From: Gammaproteobacteria bacterium
Lineage (GTDB): Bacteria; Pseudomonadota; Gammaproteobacteria; Chromatiales; Chromatiaceae
DNA: 64,000 nucleotides
Assembly (NCBI GenBank): GCA_024227135.1
Contig: JAAELC010000373.1
Coordinates: 4,162-68,161, forward strand
Direction of reading: 5' to 3'
This document shows, piece after piece, positions 57,719-64,000 of the stretch; positions within the stretch are counted from its first letter, which is position 1; each line of letters starts with the position of its first letter. The notes under the pieces were generated by a model. The model made no database searches. It worked only from the letters and a program-made list of their open reading frames with translations, and was not told where the DNA came from. The position numbers and the translations under genes are program-made.

Positions 57719-58087
57719 AGTATGTTTGCTCCAGTATACTGCTGAGATTTCAGTCCGTGCCCCGACCCTGAGAGGCCTGTGAGATTGCTGAAAACCCGCA
57801 TAGTTCGACTATTCCGTGCCCCCGTGCCGTGGCCGCCATAGCATCTCAAACAGAAACCGATCTGCTGCCGTGTCGTTTCGGGGGGTACGCAATGAACTCA
57901 GAAAAGGTGATGGTCTCCATCGCTGCCGTTTTCCGGTCAGCCGGGGTTGTCATTTGGGGCCAGGGTTGACCCGGAACTACAGGGTGATCTGCACAATGTG
58001 TCTGCTCCGGTTCAACACAGGCCGCTTGCTCACGACACCACTCCCAGCGTCGTTCGCTGAAATGGACGATGACCTGTGGAGATCGGG

Positions 58088-59512
58088 TCAGTATCGGTAG
58101 TGATCCGGTTTGTAGGGTCCTTCCATGGGTACACCTATATAGTCGGCCTGATGCTCACTCAGTTTTGAAAGGTTGGCTCCAATCTTACTGAGATGCAGTC
58201 TGGCGACCTCTTCGTCGAGTTTCTTGGGTAGCGTATAGACCTTGTTTTCGTACCGGTCACCATTGCTCCACAATTCTATCTGAGCCAGTGTCTGGTTGGT
58301 GAAGGAATTGGACATGACGAAGCTCGGGTGGCCGGTTGCACAACCCAGATTTACCAGGCGTCCCTCCGCCAGCAGAATGATGCGTTTGCCATCAGGAAAT
58401 ATGACGTGATCCACTTGTGGTTTGATGTTTTCCCACTGATATTGCTCGAGGCTTGCACAGTCAATTTCATTGTCGAAATGACCGATATTGCAGACGATGG
58501 CCTGGTCTTTCATCTCAGTGAGGTGGTCGTGAGTGATCACATGATAGTTGCCAGTGGCAGTAACGAAAATATCTGCCTGACTGCAGGCTGTATCCATTTC
58601 CACCACACGATATCCCTCCATTGCGGCCTGGAGCGCGCATATGGGGTCGATCTCCGTCACCCAGACTGTTGCACCAAGTCCTTTAAGAGACTGGGCGCAT
58701 CCTTTTCCCACATCGCCGTAACCGAGCACCAGGGCTATTTTTCCAGCGATCATGACATCGGTGGCGCGCTTTATGCCGTCTACCAGGGATTCCCGACAGC
58801 CATAGAGATTGTCAAATTTGGATTTGGTGACCGAGTCATTGACGTTGATTGCAGGGAATGGCAGGTCGTTACGTTCCTGCATCTGGTACAGCCGGTGTAC
58901 GCCGGTGGTGGTCTCTTCGGTCACACCCTGTATGTTCTTGAGAATGTTAGAGTACCAGCCGGGTTGCGCCGCCACTCTTTTGCGGATGGCAGCATATAGT
59001 ACCCGTTCTTCTTCGCTGGTTGGATGGTCCAATACGGAGTCATCCTGTTCCGCTTTGGCTCCCAGATGGATGAGCAGGGTGGCGTCTCCCCCGTCATCCA
59101 GAATCATGTTGGGTGTTCCACCGTCATCCCATTCGAAAATTCTATGGGTGAAATTCCAGTACTCTTCCAGACTTTCGCCCTTGAAGGCAAATACCGGGAT
59201 GTTCCGCGCAGCGATGGCGGCGGCGGCATGATCCTGGGTAGAGAATATGTTGCAGGAAGCCCAGCGTACTTCTGCGCCCAATGCGATGAGCGTTTCGATC
59301 AACGCCGCTGTCTGGATGGTCATATGCAGGCTGCCGGCAATGCGGGCACCCTTCAAAGGCTGGGAGTCGGCGTATTTTGCCCTGGTGGCCATCAGGCCGG
59401 GCATTTCGGTTTCCGCGATGCTTAATTCCTTGCGACCCCAGTCGGCAAGGGACATATCCGCTACATGGTAGTTGTCAGAAATTCCACTCATAGTCTGAGT
59501 ATTGGCGTTCAT
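58088..59512 (-). CDS. ahcY: Adenosylhomocysteinase
   Basis: The internal ATG at 59512 ([29 protein letters not shown]) follows a GGAGA RBS. The NAD-binding motif is [14 protein letters not shown]. The protein is 474 aa. Confidence 0.95.
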   Translation of the reverse strand: MNANTQTMSGISDNYHVADMSLADWGRKELSIAETEMPGLMATRAKYADSQPLKGARIAGSLHMTIQTAALIETLIALGAEVRWASCNIFSTQDHAAAAIAARNIPVFAFKGESLEEYWNFTHRIFEWDDGGTPNMILDDGGDATLLIHLGAKAEQDDSVLDHPTSEEERVLYAAIRKRVAAQPGWYSNILKNIQGVTEETTTGVHRLYQMQERNDLPFPAINVNDSVTKSKFDNLYGCRESLVDGIKRATDVMIAGKIALVLGYGDVGKGCAQSLKGLGATVWVTEIDPICALQAAMEGYRVVEMDTACSQADIFVTATGNYHVITHDHLTEMKDQAIVCNIGHFDNEIDCASLEQYQWENIKPQVDHVIFPDGKRIILLAEGRLVNLGCATGHPSFVMSNSFTNQTLAQIELWSNGDRYENKVYTLPKKLDEEVARLHLSKIGANLSKLSEHQADYIGVPMEGPYKPDHYRY

Positions 59513-59535
59513 GTTTTCGGTTCTCCGTAGAAAAA

Positions 59536-59610
59536 CGTAAGCGCCGTTGTTGTTGCTCCCCTCCGAGCCTGGCAGAGACTGCGGTCTCTGTTGCAACGCT
59601 TCTCGGAGGG
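59536..59610 (-). promoter_or_regulatory. SAH riboswitch (S-adenosylhomocysteine-sensing, ahcY leader)
   Basis: Minus-sense sequence is CCUCCGAGAAGCGUUGCAACAGAGACCGCAGUCUCUGCCAGGCUCGGAGGGGAGCAACAACAACGGCGCUUAC. P1 is CUCCGAG/CUCGGAG and the hairpin is AGAGAC/GUCUCU. The pseudoknot is AAGCG/CGCUU. The hallmark GCCAGGCUCGG and AACGGCGCU blocks are present. Confidence 0.85.
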
Positions 59611-59626
59611 GTGGGTAAGTTGGGTG

Positions 59627-60790
59627 TCAGATGCCTGCGTCTTCCCTCAGCGCGTCGGCTTTGTCGGTACGCTCCCAGGTGAAACCGTCTTCAGTGCGCC
59701 CAAAATGGCCGTAGGACGCAGTCTGGCGATAGATCGGCCTCAGCAGGTTGAGCGCGTTAATCAATCCCTTGGGGCGCAGATCGAAGTGCTTGCGTACCAA
59801 CTCCACCAGTTTCTGGTCGTCCAGTCTGCCGGAACCAAAGGTGTCGATACTGATCGAAGTGGGCTCAGCCACACCTATAGCGTAGGAAATCTGTAGTTCG
59901 CAGCGGTCGGCCAGACCTGCTGCGACGATATTTTTGGCAACATAACGGGCGGCATAGGCTGCAGACCGGTCCACTTTCGAGGGGTCTTTACCGGAGAAGG
60001 CCCCACCACCGTGGCGCGCCATGCCCCCATAGGTATCCACGATTATTTTACGACCGGTCAGACCGCAATCACCCAGAGGGCCGCCGATCACGAATCGCCC
60101 AGTAGGGTTGATGTGGATCTGTTCAGCTTTGCACTGATCCAGCCATTTCGCGGGCAGGACCGGCTTGATGATTTCGTCCATCACCGCTTCATACAATGCC
60201 TTGTCGCTGATCTCCGGGGCATGCTGGGTCGACAGGACCACCGCATCGATACCCACGGGTTTGTGGTTTTCGTATCGGAAAGTGAGCTGACTTTTTGCGT
60301 CGGGGCGCAGCCAGGGCAGGGCGCCGCTCTTGCGGACTTCGGATTGACGTTTCACCAGTTCGTGAGCATAGGTGATAGGCGCAGGCATGAGAACGTCGGT
60401 CTCGTTGCAGGCATATCCGAACATCAATCCCTGGTCGCCGGCCCCCTGCTCATGAGTGCCGGTTTCGTCCACACCCATGGCAATGTCCCCGGACTGCTTG
60501 CCAATGGCGGAGACGACAGAGCAGGTTCCTGCGTCAAATCCGGTGTCACAGTGGTTGTAACCGATGTCATTCACTACCTCCCGGACCAATCCTTCCAGAT
60601 CCACCCAGCTTCTGGTAGTGATCTCCCCCGCGATGATGACCATGCCCGTTTTAACCATGGTCTCGCAGGCGACCCGTGAACTGGGGTCATCCGCCAGCAT
60701 GGCATCGACAATGGCATCGGAGATCTGATCGGCTACTTTATCCGGATGCCCCTCGGAGACCGACTCTGAAGTAAAAAGGTAGTTGCTCAT
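59627..60790 (-). CDS. metK: S-adenosylmethionine synthetase
   Basis: The internal ATG at 60790 gives [44 protein letters not shown] is also present. The protein is 387 aa. Confidence 0.96.
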   Translation of the reverse strand: MSNYLFTSESVSEGHPDKVADQISDAIVDAMLADDPSSRVACETMVKTGMVIIAGEITTRSWVDLEGLVREVVNDIGYNHCDTGFDAGTCSVVSAIGKQSGDIAMGVDETGTHEQGAGDQGLMFGYACNETDVLMPAPITYAHELVKRQSEVRKSGALPWLRPDAKSQLTFRYENHKPVGIDAVVLSTQHAPEISDKALYEAVMDEIIKPVLPAKWLDQCKAEQIHINPTGRFVIGGPLGDCGLTGRKIIVDTYGGMARHGGGAFSGKDPSKVDRSAAYAARYVAKNIVAAGLADRCELQISYAIGVAEPTSISIDTFGSGRLDDQKLVELVRKHFDLRPKGLINALNLLRPIYRQTASYGHFGRTEDGFTWERTDKADALREDAGI

Positions 60791-60811
60791 GTCTATCTGA
60801 CGTCCTGATTT

Positions 60812-60851
60812 AAAAATGAAAAAACCCATCGGCTGGTAGCTTGGACGGGTT
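60812..60851 (-). terminator. Terminator-like hairpin inside the metK 5' leader (possible attenuator or expression platform)
   Basis: Minus-sense AACCCGUC, a 13-nt loop, then GAUGGGUU followed by UUUUUCAUUUUU. It ends about 25 nt before the metK ATG. Confidence 0.5.
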
Positions 60852-60928
60852 CAGATAGACTGCTGAATTTCCTCGCTTTAGCCGCATTTATAAAGCGCCC
60901 GCAATCTGATTCAAATCGGCGCACCGAC

Positions 60929-60957
60929 ATTATTCTCCCACGTTGTTACTTTGTCAA
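60929..60957 (-). promoter_or_regulatory. Candidate sigma-70 promoter of metK
   Basis: Minus-sense TTGACA, a 17-nt spacer, then AATAAT. This implies a leader of about 130 nt. Confidence 0.55.
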
Positions 60958-61104
60958 CGCTCGGATGTATCGCTTGAGTTTCATATTTCTTTAAGAATTA
61001 TGGGAGAGAATAGGAATCGTGAAAAAAATGAACCGCTATGGCCGTTTATCACGGCCTGGAGCAATCAACCGGGATCGTCTGATCCCTCTCTTTTTTCCGG
61101 GGTT

Positions 61105-61187
61105 GGATCGGTGATTATGAGCACTCCCCCATTGTTACTTACGGCTCTGTGTCTAAGGGATCGAATCGGCGATATGAGTACTCCCCC
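61105..61187 (+). repeat. Two copies of a ~26-bp direct repeat, 58 bp apart
   Basis: 61105-61130 is GGATCGGTGATTATGAGCACTCCCCC and 61163-61187 is GAATCGGCGATATGAGTACTCCCCC, with 22 of 26 positions matching. The sequence between them is unrelated. Confidence 0.7.
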
Positions 61188-61316
61188 TCGCACCGATGAC
61201 TTTCTACCAGGATTTAAATGGGCTCCCCTGCTAATACAGAGGCATTTGATTCGACCTTGGGGTAAACTTCGGTCTGGATTTAACAGAATTCCATAATATT
61301 GTGGAGGAATAAGAGA

Positions 61317-61871
61317 ATGGTCTCTCTGGAAACACCGGTTTGTGACTTTGGCAAGGCCGCCTTGGATTTCAGCCTTCCAGGGGTTGATGGGCGCACCTGG
61401 ACGTTACAGGAGTGTCGTGGTGGGAACGGACTGCTGGTCATGTTCATCTGCAATCACTGTCCTTACGTCAAGGCGATCCAGCAACGTTTGATTCGCGACA
61501 CCTCGGAACTCAAGGCGCTGGGGGTCAACAGTGTCGCCATCATGTCAAATGATCCTGCGGACTATCCCGAGGATTCTTTTGACAACATGAAAAAGGTTTC
61601 CGATGAGTTGGGTTATCCTTTTCCTTACCTGCTGGATGAAACCCAGGAGGTGGCCAGGCGCTACGGCGCAGTCTGCACCCCGGATTTCTTTGGATACGAT
61701 GCCGGTCTTACTCTCCAGTACCGGGGACGACTCGATGATAGTCGGAAAGATACGGCAGCAGCCGGAGTCAGGAGGGATCTGTTTGAGGCGATGAAGCAGG
61801 TTGCTGAGACCGGCAGTGGGCCTCTGGAGCAAATACCCAGTATGGGGTGTTCAATCAAATGGCGTGACTAG
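61317..61871 (+). CDS. Thioredoxin-fold (AhpC/TSA-like) thiol-disulfide oxidoreductase
   Basis: GGAGGA lies 8 nt upstream of the ATG at 61317. A CxxC-type motif is present in LVMFICNHCPYV. Confidence 0.75.
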   Translation: MVSLETPVCDFGKAALDFSLPGVDGRTWTLQECRGGNGLLVMFICNHCPYVKAIQQRLIRDTSELKALGVNSVAIMSNDPADYPEDSFDNMKKVSDELGYPFPYLLDETQEVARRYGAVCTPDFFGYDAGLTLQYRGRLDDSRKDTAAAGVRRDLFEAMKQVAETGSGPLEQIPSMGCSIKWRD

Positions 61872-62222
61872 ATCAAGGCGCTCTTGTGCGATGCAACATG
61901 CTCATATATCAGGTTTTTTTTGGGCTTGCATAAAAGCCTCTGAGTTGATCCGAGTTTGATTATAGGTTAAAAATATTATTCTGTTCTGATAAAGCGTTTG
62001 ATTTCATGCTGCCTTCGTCGATGTTCGGGACCACATGAAGGGGAGAGGACTCTGATCTGGTGTCGATGGTTCAGAGGGGGCCTGACACAGGGCTGCTGAT
62101 AGTCCCTCCTGGAACAGTAGCGAGTTTTTTCCACGAGTCTCCGAATGCTCAGAGTCACTATCGGGCAAACGGTCGGGACCGGGATAAAACAAATTTCAAC
62201 AAGCCTATGTAAGGAAGGATTG

Positions 62223-64000
62223 ATGTCTTCACGTAGAAACTTAGCCAATGCCGTTCGTGCGCTCAGCATGGACGCAGTTCAAAAAGCCAAATCCGGTCAC
62301 CCCGGTGCACCCATGGGAATGGCAGACATTGCCGAGGTATTGTGGAACGACTATCTGAAACACAATCCTTCGAATCCTGATTGGGCAGACCGGGACCGTT
62401 TCGTATTGTCGAACGGGCACGGATCCATGCTCATCTACTCGCTGTTGCACTTGAGCGGGTATGCGTTGAGTATCGACGACCTGAAGGCCTTTCGGCAGCT
62501 TCATTCCAAGACCCCAGGTCATCCCGAGTACGGATATGCTCCCGGGGTGGAGACCACCACGGGTCCCCTGGGTCAGGGCATAAGCAACGGTGTCGGCATG
62601 GCGCTGGCGGAAAAAGTGCTAGCCGGGCAGTTCAACAGGCCGGGGCACGACATCGTCGACCACCACACCTATGTGTTTCTGGGGGACGGCTGTCTGATGG
62701 AGGGTATTTCCCACGAAGCCTGTTCACTGGCCGGTGCGCTGGGTCTGGGGAAGCTGATCGCTTTCTATGACGACAATAACATTTCCATTGATGGCGAGGT
62801 CAGGGGACATGGCGATATACCGGCTTGGTTCCTCGACGATACCCCGAAACGTTTTGAGGCGTATGACTGGCACGTCATTCCGAAGGTTGATGGACACGAC
62901 CCGGAAGCGATTAAAGCTGCGATTGAGGAAGCGCGGTCGGTGACCGACAAACCCTCAATCATCTGTTGCCAGACGGTCATTGGCTGGGGTTCCCCCAACA
63001 AACAGGGTAAAGAAGACTGCCACGGAGCCCCCCTGGGTGATGATGAAATTGTATTGACACGCGAGAATATCGGGTGGGATCACGGGCCCTTTGAAGTACC
63101 TGAGAGCGTTTATGCCGGCTGGAGCGCGACCGCTAAGGGTGAGCAGCACGAATCAGGATGGAGCAAGCGCTTCGCAGCGTACGCAGCGGCCTATCCGGAA
63201 GAAGCAGCGGAATTCCAGCGTCGAATGGCTGGGGATCTTCCGGGCAACTGGGCGGAACAGGCGGATGCTTTCATCGCTTCTGTGGTAGAGAAGGGGGACA
63301 GCATTGCTTCGCGCAAAGCCTCCCTGAATGCGCTCAACGGCTTTGGACCTTTGTTACCGGAGTTCCTCGGTGGCTCCGCGGACCTCGCCGGGTCGAACCT
63401 GACGATCTGGAAAGGTTGCAAGGGTATCAGCAGGCAGGATGCTTCCGGTAATTATGTCTACTATGGAGTGCGTGAGTTTGGCATGTCGGCGGTAATGAAT
63501 GGTGTGGCCCTGCACCATGGTTTCATGCCCTACGGCGCTACCTTTCTGATGTTCTCAGAATATGCCAGAAACGCTTTGCGCATGGCGGCTTTGATGCGAC
63601 TCCGATCGATATTCGTCTATACTCACGACTCCATTGGCCTGGGAGAGGATGGTCCGACCCATCAGCCGGTTGAACAGATACCCACGTTGCGAATGATCCC
63701 TAATATGAGTGTCTGGCGACCCTGCGATGCGGTGGAGTCCGCCGTGTCCTGGCGGGTTGCAGCGGAACGTAGTGACGGGCCCAGCTGTCTGATCTTTTCC
63801 CGTCAGAACCTGGCCCACATGGAGCGAAGCGATGCTCAGGTAGCTGATATCTCCCGTGGTGGATATATTCTTCGGGATTGCGAAGGAAGCCCGGACGCCA
63901 TCATTATCGCCACGGGTTCTGAAGTTGAACTGGCTGTCAAGGCAGCCGAAGCTATGAGTGATAAATCCATTCGCGTCGTTTCAATGCCTTCGACCGATGT
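62223..64000 (+). CDS. tkt: Transketolase (5' part; runs off the window end, so absent from the ORF track)
   Basis: My own translation from the ATG at 62223 (after AGGAAGGA) gives [80 protein letters not shown]. The frame is open to position 64000. Confidence 0.93.
   Translation, partial: MSSRRNLANAVRALSMDAVQKAKSGHPGAPMGMADIAEVLWNDYLKHNPSNPDWADRDRFVLSNGHGSMLIYSLLHLSGYALSIDDLKAFRQLHSKTPGHPEYGYAPGVETTTGPLGQGISNGVGMALAEKVLAGQFNRPGHDIVDHHTYVFLGDGCLMEGISHEACSLAGALGLGKLIAFYDDNNISIDGEVRGHGDIPAWFLDDTPKRFEAYDWHVIPKVDGHDPEAIKAAIEEARSVTDKPSIICCQTVIGWGSPNKQGKEDCHGAPLGDDEIVLTRENIGWDHGPFEVPESVYAGWSATAKGEQHESGWSKRFAAYAAAYPEEAAEFQRRMAGDLPGNWAEQADAFIASVVEKGDSIASRKASLNALNGFGPLLPEFLGGSADLAGSNLTIWKGCKGISRQDASGNYVYYGVREFGMSAVMNGVALHHGFMPYGATFLMFSEYARNALRMAALMRLRSIFVYTHDSIGLGEDGPTHQPVEQIPTLRMIPNMSVWRPCDAVESAVSWRVAAERSDGPSCLIFSRQNLAHMERSDAQVADISRGGYILRDCEGSPDAIIIATGSEVELAVKAAEAMSDKSIRVVSMPSTD

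Noticed and set aside
60943-61296. A 117-aa ORF between the metK promoter and the thioredoxin-fold gene.
   Set aside because: It has a TTG start within the metK -35 region and no RBS. Its composition is unlike neighbouring genes, and its only internal feature is the 26-bp DNA repeat. It was treated as non-coding.
62067-62134. A possible third, degenerate copy of the 165-nt intergenic element upstream of tkt (TGGTTCAGA ... TTTTTTCCAC).
   Set aside because: Only the two short end-strings match. The spacing differs by about 10 nt and the central hairpin sequence is unrelated, so it cannot be distinguished from chance by eye.

Overview
This 64-kb window looks like core chromosome of a moderately GC-rich gammaproteobacterium. 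Gene order resembles, from memory, the Pseudomonas mutM to pilG/chpA region. Almost every base is explained by recognisable housekeeping operons. On the minus strand: paaI-like thioesterase and a CBS protein, livKHMGF, rpoH, ftsYEX. On the plus strand: two M16 peptidases, rsmD, coaD, yfhL, mutM. Back on the minus strand: an ABC / GldG-like / DUF4340 cluster, the rpoN supraoperon (kdsD, kdsC, lptCAB, rpoN, hpf, ptsN, rapZ, NPr, EI), a dynamin-like GTPase, yggT-proC-yggS, and yqgE-ruvX-pyrB-pyrC' with a PyrK-like gene, tonB-like, apbE and gshB. pilT/pilU and the pilGHIJ-chpA-chpC twitching chemosensory cluster are on the plus strand. The window ends with rsmE, the methyl-cycle genes metK-ahcY-metF, a thioredoxin-fold gene and a 5'-partial tkt. 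I found no rRNA, tRNA, CRISPR array, transposase, integrase, phage gene or recognisable defence system, and nothing I can defend as a new multi-gene system. The best unexplained signals are non-coding. (1) A structured intergenic element of about 165 nt occurs twice, in the hpf-ptsN and pilT-pilU spacers, each time co-oriented with the flanking genes. (2) A clear SAH riboswitch sits 16 nt after the metK stop, and the metK leader itself looks riboswitch-like but is unclassified. (3) A phased TGTTAC array lies in an AT-rich island upstream of an orphan J-domain gene. (4) Conserved operons contain oversized spacers and a probable pyrR remnant. All alignments and folds were done by eye and all homology calls rest on remembered family motifs; nothing was searched.
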